Source: an uncultured cyanobacterium (lineage in GTDB: Bacteria; Cyanobacteriota; Cyanobacteriia; CAKZMO01). From it: a stretch of 64,000 nucleotides of DNA. Position 1 is the first letter of the stretch. Each line of letters opens with the position of its first letter. The notes under the pieces are model-generated. The model was not told the origin of the DNA, searched no databases, and saw only the letters and a list, made by a program, of their open reading frames with translations. Below, in pieces: positions 21,183 through 32,330 of the stretch. The stretch covers positions 704,001 through 768,000 of the forward strand of contig CAVRCJ010000003.1 of assembly GCA_963719515.1 (NCBI GenBank), read 5' to 3'. A program made the position numbers and the translations under genes.

Positions 21183-21836
21183 CTAGCCTTTGGGGCTTTG
21201 AGCGGCTAATCCCTGCTGCAGCGTAGCCAACACCTTGGCCAAGCCGCCTGAGAGCAGCGCCGAGGGCGCTAGCCACAGCCCTGAGTACACCTCCGAGCAG
21301 ATGACGCCTAGGTCGTTGGGCTGCAGTGAGTCGTACCTGCCCTCTTGCAGCTGAAACCAGTCCAGCTGCTGATCATAAACGCGCCACACCAGGTATTCCT
21401 GCACTTGGTTGCGGCGATAGATGTTGAGCTTTTGGTGCATGTCCATTGAGGCACTGCTGGCCGCAATTTCGACGATTAGCTCGGGCGTACCTTCAACATA
21501 GTCATCATCACTGATCGTAGATTGACCGTTTTTCTTGAAGCGCAGGAGAGCATCGGGCTGGACCTCGTTGTCGCTGTCGAGGCGGACGGTGGGATTGTCT
21601 AGGACTTGCACGTCGGATACAGAGGCGGCGTAGACCCCGAGCCAGGTAATCATTTGAGCATGGGGTTCGGCGTGGGCGTTGGCGTGCAGCGGCGAGGCCA
21701 TGTAGACGCATCCTTCAATCAGTTCAGCTTTCTTCACGTGGGGCATGGCGGCGTAACGCTGCTCAAACTCGCGGCGGCTGAGGCGATCGCCGTTTTCGAG
21801 GGGCGGTAAGCTAAGCGGTAGAATAGAGGGCGTCAT
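21183..21836 (-). CDS. Uma2 family endonuclease
   Basis: LPPLENGDRL, VQPDA, PELIVEIAASS. Confidence 0.92.
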   Translation of the reverse strand: MTPSILPLSLPPLENGDRLSRREFEQRYAAMPHVKKAELIEGCVYMASPLHANAHAEPHAQMITWLGVYAASVSDVQVLDNPTVRLDSDNEVQPDALLRFKKNGQSTISDDDYVEGTPELIVEIAASSASMDMHQKLNIYRRNQVQEYLVWRVYDQQLDWFQLQEGRYDSLQPNDLGVICSEVYSGLWLAPSALLSGGLAKVLATLQQGLAAQSPKG

Positions 21837-21994
21837 TGATCTTGGTTTGGGAGTTTTGGCTCAGGAGCCTTAGCTTAAAAGTCTTTGCTTTAGAGCAGCG
21901 TTTGCTATACCTCCCATTATGCTCAATACAATAACGGCAGTTTCGCCACAGCGGACTGGAGGCCTACGTCGCGGTTTTCTGACGCACGGAGACT

Positions 21995-23081
21995 TTATTC
22001 GCCATCGGGCAGCCGCTCCCCAGTCTCGGCATGGAACCAGTGGAGGTTATTTACCGGCAGCGCCAAGGTAACGCGATCGCCACTCCATTTCTGGTCCGAA
22101 GGCAGCAGGGCACGCAGGGTAATAGCCTCCGTCGCCCTCAGCGCCATCGAGCTTCACGCTGATCAAATTGCCCATCCCTAGATTCTCCACCAGAAATATA
22201 CGGCCCTCCACCGTCAGGGCGCTATCCGGCTTGGCCAGCCCGATCTGCTCCGGCCGGATGCCCAGCACCACCTCCGGCGGCGGCACAAAGCGATTGGGCA
22301 GCGGGATGGCATATTGCCCTAGCCGAGCCGCCTTATCCCGACAGGGCAGCGTCAGCAGGTTCATCTGCGGGCTACCGATGAAGCCTGCCACAAACCGGTT
22401 TGCCGGGTAGGTGTAGATACGCTCGGGCGGGTCGAGCTGCTGCAGATTTCCCTCATAGAGCACCGCTACCCGAGACGAAAGGGTCATAGCCTCAGTTTGG
22501 TCGTGGGTAACGTAGACCACAGGGGCCTGCTGTTCGGCAAACAGCTGTTTTAACTCGGCTCGCACCTGTTCCCGCAGCAGGGCGTCTAGGTTACTAAGAG
22601 GCTCGTCCAGCAAGAACACGTCGGGGTTGCGCACTAAGGCGCGGCCCAAGGCCACCCGCTGCCGCTGCCCGCCGGATAGATTAGCAGGCTTGCGGTCGAG
22701 CAATGGGTCTAACCCCAATAGCTTCGCGGCGTTCGCAACCCGCTCGCGAATCGTGGCCTCAGACTCCTTGCGCAACTTCAGGCCCGAGGCGATATTCTCG
22801 CGCACCGTCATGTGGGGGTAAAGGGCGTAGCTTTGAAACACCATGGCAATGTTGCGATCGCCCGGTGCAATGCGCTCCATACGCTTGTCTTCAATCCAAA
22901 TTTCGCCTTTGGTGGGCTGCTCTAGCCCCGCAATCAGCCTGAGTATCGTTGATTTGCCGCACCCAGAGGGGCCAAGCAGGGTCAAGAACTCGCCTTTATC
23001 GACGGTCAAGCTCAAGTCCTTAACGGGGATGTTCTTGGGGCCAAAGGATTTATGGAGGTGCTTGAGGGAGAGAGTAGCCAT
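21995..23081 (-). CDS. Sugar ABC transporter ATP-binding protein (MalK-like), apparent frameshift near 22135
   Basis: GPSGCGKS, VFQSYALYPHM, LSGGQRQR, YVTHDQ; canonical tail LHWFHAETGERL lies in another frame ending at TAA 21995. Confidence 0.88.
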
Positions 23082-23169
23082 GATTCAGGAGCAGTAGGGG
23101 TAGTTTTTCAAGCTAGTCCTAACAATTAGGGTAGAGCACCAGCCTAACCTGACGCGTGGCTCATCTTTA

Positions 23170-25401
23170 TTACAACCCATTGCCAATCAAAATAAACGGT
23201 GCCCAGTAGTAGGGATGAGCTAGCCCGCTGCTCTGGCTCAATGGTTCGCCGCTGCGAGCATCCAAGATTTCCACCGTCACGCCCCGCTCGCCTTCTAGCA
23301 CCGTCTCATCGCTGGTAATCAAGGACTGCTGGGCGCGCTGCAGGGCGACCGTGGCGCTATAGCCATTGTTCAGTGCTACATAAAAGGCATCCATTAGCAC
23401 CTGAGTACCCCCATCGCTCACCGACCATAGAGAAGCGATCGCGGCATCGGCTCCGGTGCGCTGAATTTGGTAGCCCAGCCCCAAAATCTCTCGTCCGTCT
23501 CCCAGGGTGTCGCCGACGCCGGTTTCACAGGCGCTCAGCACCACCAGGTCTACGTTGGGCAGCCGCCAGTTTTTGATTTGGTCTAGGGAAACCGGGGTAC
23601 CGTCGCCAAACAGAATGAAGGACTGGCTGGCGTCGCCGGGGACGAAGGCGGCGTGGGTGGCTAAGTGGACGATGGAATAGCGGTTCATTTGCCGCACAGT
23701 GTCTGGGTGGAAGGCATCGTTGAGCAAGGGGGTGGTGTTCAGCAGCGCCGCCAGGTTCTCTACTTCATTACCGGCAAACTCCAGACCGCTGAAGGTCTGC
23801 TCCCGGTTGCCCACGGTGACAGGGTGGCTACCCTCGGTGAAGGCCCCCGCGAAGACGCGGGGCTGCTCCTGCCGCTGAGCCAGGGCGATGTCGGTGAGGC
23901 TGGCGGCGGTGATGTTGTTGATGCGGAAATTTTCCACCACCCACTGCTCTCCGTTGTGCAGCGAGCCGAGGGGGATGTAGCGAAGCTGACCGTCAGGGGC
24001 GTAGATGATGGTTTCCACGCCCAGAGCCATTAGCTCATCTTCAAGATCTCTAAGGATCCAGTCGTAGAGCTTTTGAGCGAGGGGTAGTGGGTCACTGCCA
24101 GGATCTTCAAGTGCGGATCGGTAGTTGGCGATCGCTTCATTCAGCTCTACGCGGCCTACGCCAACGGTTTGGCGGAGGGGGACATCAGCTTCGGGGGTGA
24201 CTAGCACCAGCTCTAGACGGTCTTCGAGGATGAAGGGGTAGAGCAGGGCGGCGTTTTGGCCCAGGTTGGCGAGGTTCTGCTGTAGGTCTCGGTAGCTGGC
24301 CAGGTCAATATTTTTGCCTTCGGTGGTGCGGCGCAGGAGAGCTACTTGGCTCTGGACTTCGGGACTTTGCAGGAAGGTGTCGAAGCCGTCGATGAGCTGC
24401 TGAACGTCTTGGGTGAGCTGGTCGTAGCGATCGGCTTGCTGGGGGGTGAGGTCGCCGGGAATGGACTCAAGTTCCCGCAGCTCTTGGGTGAGAGTGATGA
24501 CTTGGTTGAGGCGATCGGTGAGGCGCGCTTCGATGGCGGCTTCGGGGGGGCGGTTGTCGATGCCTTGGGCGGTGTTGCCGTTGCGCTGGATGTCGTTGAG
24601 GTAGTCGTCGAGTTCTTGGACTTTGAGCATGTCTAGGACGCGCTGGGCTTCTAGAATGCGATCGGCTTGGAGGAGGAGGTCGGCGAGTTTGCGGTAGGTG
24701 CTCTCGATAGTATCAGTGAAGGATTGCTGCTGTTCGGTACTGAGGCCGCGAATATCGCCACGCAGCTTTTCCCACTGGTTGACGGATTGCTTGAGAAAGA
24801 GCGTGGCGAGTTCAGGCTGCTCTAGAGCTTCCAGCACATAGCCCATGTTGTTGAGAGTGATACCTTCCCCGGTGCGATCGCCAATTTCTCGGCGGATAGT
24901 GAGGGCTTGCTCATAGGTATCAAGGGCGAGCTGATACTGCCCTAAATTGTTGTAGACCGTAGCAATGTTGTTGAGAGTGACACCTTCTCCAGCGCGATCG
25001 CCAATTTCTCGGCGGATAGCAAGAGCTTGATCGTAATAGCCTAGGGCAGGCTCGTATTGGCCAGAGCTGTCGGCGATCCCCCCCAACCCCGTCAGCGATC
25101 GCCCTTCCCCCTGGCGGCTCTCCTGCGGAAAAGCCGCCCGCACTTCAGGACTGCGGTAAATCTCCAAAGCCCGCTGCAGCTTCTCTAGCGCAGGCCGATA
25201 TTGACTAATCTGCCAAAGCTGAAGAGACTCATCAAAAAAGCGATCGCCCTCCGCCAACAGCGCCTCAGCCTCACTAACTGGCAACTCTCCCTCAACCTGT
25301 GGCACCGCCTCCTCAACCTGAGCCGTAGCCCGAGGCACGATCGCCCCCTCCGTCACCATCACCGCCAAACCCAACCATAGGACAGAAAACCGCATAAGCA
25401 T
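23170..25401 (-). CDS. TPR plus CHAT (caspase-like, HetF-associated) domain protein
   Basis: REIGDRAGEGVTLNNI repeats; VHLATH, VVLSACETG, SLWSV, HPYYWAPF. Confidence 0.92.
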   Translation of the reverse strand: MLMRFSVLWLGLAVMVTEGAIVPRATAQVEEAVPQVEGELPVSEAEALLAEGDRFFDESLQLWQISQYRPALEKLQRALEIYRSPEVRAAFPQESRQGEGRSLTGLGGIADSSGQYEPALGYYDQALAIRREIGDRAGEGVTLNNIATVYNNLGQYQLALDTYEQALTIRREIGDRTGEGITLNNMGYVLEALEQPELATLFLKQSVNQWEKLRGDIRGLSTEQQQSFTDTIESTYRKLADLLLQADRILEAQRVLDMLKVQELDDYLNDIQRNGNTAQGIDNRPPEAAIEARLTDRLNQVITLTQELRELESIPGDLTPQQADRYDQLTQDVQQLIDGFDTFLQSPEVQSQVALLRRTTEGKNIDLASYRDLQQNLANLGQNAALLYPFILEDRLELVLVTPEADVPLRQTVGVGRVELNEAIANYRSALEDPGSDPLPLAQKLYDWILRDLEDELMALGVETIIYAPDGQLRYIPLGSLHNGEQWVVENFRINNITAASLTDIALAQRQEQPRVFAGAFTEGSHPVTVGNREQTFSGLEFAGNEVENLAALLNTTPLLNDAFHPDTVRQMNRYSIVHLATHAAFVPGDASQSFILFGDGTPVSLDQIKNWRLPNVDLVVLSACETGVGDTLGDGREILGLGYQIQRTGADAAIASLWSVSDGGTQVLMDAFYVALNNGYSATVALQRAQQSLITSDETVLEGERGVTVEILDARSGEPLSQSSGLAHPYYWAPFILIGNGL

Positions 25402-25687
25402 TTCTGGGCCAAAGACATCTAGCAGTATATAGCTCTAGCCTGAGAGGCGGTATGAAAAACAAACTGGCCTTAGTCAATCAGGACGGCGCATCATCGGTTT
25501 CGCCAACAGCGGTCGAGCATCTAGCTGCAACCGGCTGAATCTTTGCCGCGATCGCCCATAGCGCCAAAAGGCGATCGCCCTAGTTAAGTCACTGGCTCCT
25601 ATGTTGGGATCTAGCTAGCCGTATCCATTTGCCAAAATCAAAGTTTGCCCGCTGTAAAATAAAGGAAATCCTTACTCCTCTGAACCC

Positions 25688-26062
25688 ATGGTCGCCGACA
25701 TCCGCCAGAGAGCTGTCTTGCTAATAGATCAATTGCCCCAGAGCAAGCTTGAGGCCGTAGTCCAGCTCTTGGAAGTCTTAACGGAGCCAGCAGCGGGGGC
25801 TACCCGCGAAGAATCTCACCTATTGGCCACCATTCAGCGCCGCCTTCCCGAACCAGAGCAAACCCGGCTCGATGGCCTTCGCACCCGCTGCGAGTGGGGT
25901 GAGCTATCGAAATCTGAACACCAAGAGCTGATTGGATTCGAAGACCGTCTAGAGCAGTACCGCGTTGAGCGGCTAGAAGCGTTGATTGCGCTGGCCCAGC
26001 TGAAAGACCTAGATCTGCCAACGCTAAACCAGCAGTTTTCGCCATCTTCAAGTGCCGCCTGA
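25688..26062 (+). CDS. Hypothetical protein, typical upstream partner of cyanobacterial HNH genes
   Basis: ELSKSEHQELI...RLEALIALAQL; overlaps HNH start. Confidence 0.65.
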   Translation: MVADIRQRAVLLIDQLPQSKLEAVVQLLEVLTEPAAGATREESHLLATIQRRLPEPEQTRLDGLRTRCEWGELSKSEHQELIGFEDRLEQYRVERLEALIALAQLKDLDLPTLNQQFSPSSSAA

Positions 26063-26292
26063 GTCTGAACGGGTCTCGCCGAGTCTCAGGCGAGAAGTCG
26101 CTCAGCGAGCAAAGCAACTCTGCGAGTATTGCCGCTGCCCCGAAGCTTTTTCTCCCGATAGCTTTACGATCGATCACATCCGACCTCGCCAGATAGGCGG
26201 CGCGACGGCCTCAGAAAATCTGGCCTGGGCTTGCTTTGGCTGTAATGGCCGTAAATCTACAAAGACGGCTTCTGTTGACCCGGTAACCAACA
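26052..26292 (+). pseudogene. HNH endonuclease, C-terminally truncated
   Basis: CEYC, IDHIRP, NLAWACFGCN intact; after DPVT the frame runs into a hairpin and leader sequence. Confidence 0.6.
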
Positions 26293-26349
26293 AGGGTAGG
26301 GCGTTGATTTCGTTCAACGCCACTCAAAACGAGCGACTTCGTGTCGCAC

Positions 26350-26452
26350 GACCTTGTGCGATTGTACCTGAGTCATACCGAGCCCTTAACACGTCTGGAA
26401 AACCCGGGTTCTTTGGGGGACTCCAAGCTAACCCATAAAACTGGAGTCCCTC
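26350..26452 (+). promoter_or_regulatory. Conserved structured 5' leader occluding the RBS (copy 1)
   Basis: Homologous to minus-strand 55522-55622; stems GAGCCC/GGGTTC and GGGACTCC/GGAGTCCC directly before ATG. Confidence 0.65.
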
Positions 26453-26818
26453 ATGACAATCCAATACCCTTCGCTGTCTCTTGCTCAAGAGGCCGCAAAG
26501 CTCGCTGTGCAGCAGCATATCGTCGCCCAACAGTGCACTGCAGACCAGTCCGCGCGCTTAGATTCCCCGCTGGAATCCGATCCCGCTATCCCCACCCTAC
26601 TGGAGCCCTCCCCAGCCTCAGGCTGTGAGCATCTGCGGCACCTGCTGATTGGCTCCCCCGCTGGCATCCAAGAAGCGATCGCCCGCATGCACTTACTGGA
26701 CTACGTTGAGCGCCACTACTGGACCCCGCTGATTACTATTGGCTCGCGAGGTGTCCACATTACCCCCGCCCACGGCCAGGTGCTCAGCTACCTGGTGCAG
26801 CAGCGGCCTCTTCGCTAG
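26453..26818 (+). CDS. Uncharacterised cyanobacterial small protein (LRHLLIGSP...W.PL...GQVLSYL family)
   Basis: Intact 121-aa ORF; degenerate paralogue at 55156-55521. Confidence 0.75.
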   Translation: MTIQYPSLSLAQEAAKLAVQQHIVAQQCTADQSARLDSPLESDPAIPTLLEPSPASGCEHLRHLLIGSPAGIQEAIARMHLLDYVERHYWTPLITIGSRGVHITPAHGQVLSYLVQQRPLR

Positions 26819-26883
26819 TGGCATAGCCGCCAGCAAAGAGGTGCGATCGCCTTTCGTGATCTCGAAGGGCGATCGCGCTGCCA

Positions 26884-27750
26884 TCAGCCCTTAACTGCGC
26901 CAGAAGTGAGCCCCTGAATAATTTTGCGCTGAAAGAAGAGCACCAGCAGCACCAGGGGCAACGTACCCAGCACCGTTGCGGCGGCCAGCGGGCCGTAGGG
27001 AATTTCGAAGACGGTGGCTCCCCCCAGCTGCGCCGCCGCCACCGGGATGGTTTTCATGCTCTCTCTGGTGATGAACGTCAGCGCAAAGAGAAACTCGTTC
27101 CAGGAGAAGATGAAGGTCAAAATGCCGGTGGTGACTAGAGCCGGCAGGGTCATCGGCAGCACAATTTTTAGCAGCATCTGCACCGTGCTGTAGCCGTCTA
27201 CCTTAGCGGCATCCTCCAGGTCTTTGGGCAGCTTCTCAAAAAAGCTGCGCATCACCAAAATTGTCAGCGGCAGGTTGATGGCGGTGTAGGGGATGATCAG
27301 CGCCAGGTAGTTGTTGCCCAGCCCCAGCACCCGGATAATTTCCAGCAGTCCCAAAAACAGCAGGATGTAGGGAAACAGCGTCACCACCAGCACCCCCGCT
27401 AAAATAATCCGCTCTCCCGGCAGCCGCAGCCGCGCTAGCACATAGGCCGCCGGGGCCCCCAGCGCCAGACACAGCGCCGTAGAGACCACCGCCACAAAGC
27501 CGCTGTTGAGCATATAGCGCAGGAAAGGGCGGCGCTGAAACAGCTCGATGTAGTGGGTCAGCGTATAGCGGGTGGGGATATAGATGTTGGGCACCGCCGA
27601 GATATCTTCGTTCACCTTTAGGGAGGTGAGCAGCTGCCACAGCATGGGGCCGAGGCTAAAGGCCACCAGGAAGAAGACGGCGATCGCCAGCAGGATGGTG
27701 CGGGTGGAGAAACCACTGTGAGCAGATTCAGGAGCGGAAGGAGAGGCCAT
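26884..27750 (-). CDS. Carbohydrate ABC transporter permease (MalG-like)
   Basis: EDAAKVDG EAA loop; FIFSWNEFLFA; GLTSGAVKG. Confidence 0.93.
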   Translation of the reverse strand: MASPSAPESAHSGFSTRTILLAIAVFFLVAFSLGPMLWQLLTSLKVNEDISAVPNIYIPTRYTLTHYIELFQRRPFLRYMLNSGFVAVVSTALCLALGAPAAYVLARLRLPGERIILAGVLVVTLFPYILLFLGLLEIIRVLGLGNNYLALIIPYTAINLPLTILVMRSFFEKLPKDLEDAAKVDGYSTVQMLLKIVLPMTLPALVTTGILTFIFSWNEFLFALTFITRESMKTIPVAAAQLGGATVFEIPYGPLAAATVLGTLPLVLLVLFFQRKIIQGLTSGAVKG

Positions 27751-27838
27751 GACAGGTGTGGGATGTGGTTAGGGTATGCGAGATCGTAGAGGCAAACGGC
27801 CGTTCGCCCTCACTGTCGGCAGCGGTATCCGACAGCTA

Positions 27839-28735
27839 TTACGCCGCACGTTTGCGCAGCCGGTTGATGATCAGGGCCGCGATCGCCACCGCCAGAATCA
27901 GCACCAAGAAGGTGACCACCACCAGCGCCGCCCCGTAGCCAAAGTCGAGGTAGCGCATCACCGTCGCGTAGATATACAGCGACACCATCTCTGTTGCCCC
28001 GGCAGGCCCGCCCCCCGTCATCACCTGAATCAGGTCAAAGATGCCAAAGGACTGGGCAAAGCGAAACAGCATGGCAATCAAAATCTGGGGCAGCAGCAGC
28101 GGCAGAGTAATGTGGCGAAAGCTCTGCCAGGGGGATGCCCCGTCGATGGCGTGGGCCTCGTAGAGGTCATCGGAGATGGACTGTAGCCCCGCCAGCAGCA
28201 GAATGCTGACAAACGGGGTCGTCTTCCAGACGTCGGCGGCGATGGTGGCCAGCAGCGCTAGCGTCGGGGTGCCCAGCCAGTTCACCGGCGATTGAATCAC
28301 GCCCAGCCGCAGCAGCATGTCGTTCCAAACGCCGAACTGGTCATTGAAAATCCAGGTCCAGGTGAGGGCAATCAGCGATGTGGGCAGCGCCCAGGGCAAA
28401 ATGGCCACGGTGCGCACGATGCCCCGCCCCTTAAACGACTGGTGCAGCAGCAGGGCGATCGCAGTTCCCAGCACCAGCTCTAGCACCAGGGCCACCACCG
28501 TAAACAGGGTGGTATTCCAGATGCTCTGCCAAAAGCGCCCGTCAATAGCCATACGGCTGTAGTTACTGAGGCCGGAGAACACCGGCTGCAGGTTGGTGCC
28601 CAAGTTCTCGGTAAACAGACTCAGCCAAAACGCCCGGCCGATAGGGTAGGCAAACACCAGCAGCAGCAGCGTCAGCGCCGGCAGCAGCAGCAGCCAGCCG
28701 GTGAGTTGTTCCTGGGAGCGAAGTTTAGAAGTCAT
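27839..28735 (-). CDS. Sugar ABC transporter permease (MalF-like)
   Basis: WKTTPF...LAGLQSI..DLYEAHAIDGA; MTGGGP. Confidence 0.93.
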   Translation of the reverse strand: MTSKLRSQEQLTGWLLLLPALTLLLLVFAYPIGRAFWLSLFTENLGTNLQPVFSGLSNYSRMAIDGRFWQSIWNTTLFTVVALVLELVLGTAIALLLHQSFKGRGIVRTVAILPWALPTSLIALTWTWIFNDQFGVWNDMLLRLGVIQSPVNWLGTPTLALLATIAADVWKTTPFVSILLLAGLQSISDDLYEAHAIDGASPWQSFRHITLPLLLPQILIAMLFRFAQSFGIFDLIQVMTGGGPAGATEMVSLYIYATVMRYLDFGYGAALVVVTFLVLILAVAIAALIINRLRKRAA

Positions 28736-28768
28736 CGGCCAAATTGGTCAGATAGATAAACGCCATCG

Positions 28769-30097
<1,329 letters not shown>

Positions 30098-30218
30098 GTT
30101 TTTGGGGTTCTAATACTCTTCGCTTGACAACCGCGTTTAGATTGGGCCGCTCAATACCTAAGCCCAGCGCGTGAACTAAGGGTATCCTACCGAAGAGCGC
30201 TGCCAAGCCCAACTGCAA

Positions 30219-30610
30219 GTGACATCCTCCCGACGCTGACAGCAAGCTGTACAGCGCGGGCTTCCTCAGTGACTCCCAGCTATTGCCGAGACATATCCTG
30301 AGATAGGTTTATACTCCGCCTGATGCCCCACGGCAGAGTTTTGAATTTTCATCTCCGCGAGGGAGGATACGCACTATGTGTCGCAGATACATTTGCAAAC
30401 TGAGGAACGGGTGACTTGCAGCTTTCGCCTACGGGCCCGTCACACTCTTTGCGGGGTGTATCACCTTGCTATCTCTATCATACCAACTGCTAGCCTCAGC
30501 GCTGAGCGCACTATCCGCTGTGCATCATTTTGCGGGCGCACTTCAGCTAGCGCGACTCTCATCCCGACGCACACCCTAGCGGGTAGAACGCGGGGCTTCT
30601 CGTCTAGTCG
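30219..30610 (-). mobile_element. Non-autonomous IS200/IS605-family element (family A, copy 2)
   Basis: About 286 nt identical to 4889-5174; same TCAC end and TTTAG flank; unrelated outer flanks. Confidence 0.82.
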
Positions 30611-30705
30611 CTAAACGATAGAGAAGCTGTCGCTGGGGTGAAGAGGCGAAAAGTCCGCCAGCCGGCCAACCAGCCAGCCAGCCCGCAAATTAGCAAACAG
30701 GCTTC

Positions 30706-31154
30706 GTGACATACTCCCGACGCTCATCTTTTAGATAGAGCGCGGGCTTCTTGGCTCACGCACCACAATTTAATGGATGCCGCGCAAGAAGGTTTCCTGC
30801 TTCATCTGGTCCTGTCTAGTTACGCAGCAAGCCGTGCAACCCCGATTAGATCCCATCGACAGGCGATTTGTTTAATGCCCAGGCAATGACCAACCCCAGA
30901 CAGTGACGAGTATTCAATTTCCAGCTACGTTTTCTACCGTCTGCACTGTTCACCAGCCAAGGGCTGTACGTTTGTGTCAGGATAGCAGGCCGCCGCCATG
31001 AAATAGTTTGAGCTTGGTTCAATTGTACCCTTTGCTCGCCTCGGCGCTGCCCTTAATTGCCGCCTTCGGCATCCAGTCAAGGGCGCACCTCGACTCGCTC
31101 GCTTACATCCCGACGCTGATGCTGCGCATACAGCGCGGGGCTTTCACGAACTAG
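30706..31154 (-). mobile_element. Non-autonomous IS200/IS605-family element (family B)
   Basis: Same end hairpins and GGGAGTATGTCAC end; different interior containing CGCCTGT...GATGAAGCAGGAA; preceded by TTAG. Confidence 0.72.
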
Positions 31155-32330
31155 CTAACGCATCTGCCAATATTTCCACGCCGCATAGGCCATTGTCACC
31201 ACCCCTGTCGCGATCGCCCTCTCATCCACCTCAAACTTCGGATGATGGAGGGGATAGTTGGGACGATCGCTGAACCCGACCCCGAGGCGAAACATGCTGC
31301 CGGGAACGTGGTCTAGATACAGCGCGAAATCTTCCGCCCCCAGCGATGGCTCTGGCAGCATCAACACGCCGTCATCCCCCCAGGCCTCACGGGCCGAGGC
31401 CTCCGTAATCTGGGTTAGGAAGTAGTCATTTTGGACCGACGGCACCCCTTGGCGGTAGGTCATTTCATACGCCACGCCATAGGTCGCGCATATTCCCGCC
31501 ACAATGCTCTCGATCCACTGGGGGAGAGCGGCGCTGGTTTCAGGATGCAGCGATCGCACCGTTCCGGTCAGGCGCACTTGATCCGCAATCACGTTGGGAG
31601 CGCGACCGCCGTTAATTTGACCAAAGGTTAGGACGATGGGTCGCAGTGGATTCTGGGTGCGGCTAATCGCTTGCTGCAGTGTGGTCACGACCTGAGCCGC
31701 AATCCAAATCGCGTCTTTTGCCTCATGGGGCCGCGCTCCGTGGCCTGACTCTCCCTGAATAATTAGCTCAATATCGTCCGCTGCCGCCGTCAGTGCCCCG
31801 TAGCGAATTCCAATCACGCCAGCGGAAATCGAGGGAAAGGTATGTAGGCCAAGGATAGCGTTGACGTTGTTGAGCACATCGTCTCGAATCATCCAGGATG
31901 CGCCCTGGGCCGTTTCCTCCGCAGGCTGAAAGAGAAACCGCGTGGAGCCGGGAAGATGCTCAGTAATTTGGGAGAGGACCATCGCCACACCTAGACCCAC
32001 CGTGGTGTGTACGTCGTGGCCGCAGGCGTGCATAATGCCGGACTGATGGGAGGTAAAGGCCAGGTCGGTTTTCTCTTGGATGGGCAGGGCATCCATGTCG
32101 GTACGAATGGCCAGCCAGCGCTCGTCGTCTTGGCGGGCAATTTCACCAACGACGCCTGTCTTGCCCACTAGTTCTTGCACCTGCAGCCCGCAGGAAGACA
32201 GCACCCCGGCGACGTAGGCAGCAGTTTTGTATTCCTGGCCGCTCAGCTCAGGATGGCTGTGAAGATGACGACGAATCTCGAGCAAGCGAGGGGTTAGGCC
32301 ACTGGCAATGTCTTTTATTTGGGAGAGCAT
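31155..32330 (-). CDS. M20 family amidohydrolase
   Basis: RRHLHSHPELS, RTDMDALP, MHACGHD, FQPAEE, AEDF. Confidence 0.92.
   Translation of the reverse strand: MLSQIKDIASGLTPRLLEIRRHLHSHPELSGQEYKTAAYVAGVLSSCGLQVQELVGKTGVVGEIARQDDERWLAIRTDMDALPIQEKTDLAFTSHQSGIMHACGHDVHTTVGLGVAMVLSQITEHLPGSTRFLFQPAEETAQGASWMIRDDVLNNVNAILGLHTFPSISAGVIGIRYGALTAAADDIELIIQGESGHGARPHEAKDAIWIAAQVVTTLQQAISRTQNPLRPIVLTFGQINGGRAPNVIADQVRLTGTVRSLHPETSAALPQWIESIVAGICATYGVAYEMTYRQGVPSVQNDYFLTQITEASAREAWGDDGVLMLPEPSLGAEDFALYLDHVPGSMFRLGVGFSDRPNYPLHHPKFEVDERAIATGVVTMAYAAWKYWQMR

Noticed and set aside
26293..26438. C-terminal part of the 128-aa HNH ORF
   Set aside because: Read-through into the hairpin and leader RNA sequence, not HNH-like.
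30378..30614. 78-aa plus-strand ORF inside the IS605-derived element
   Set aside because: No transposase motif (HUH or RuvC), and an indel shifts the frame in the other copy.
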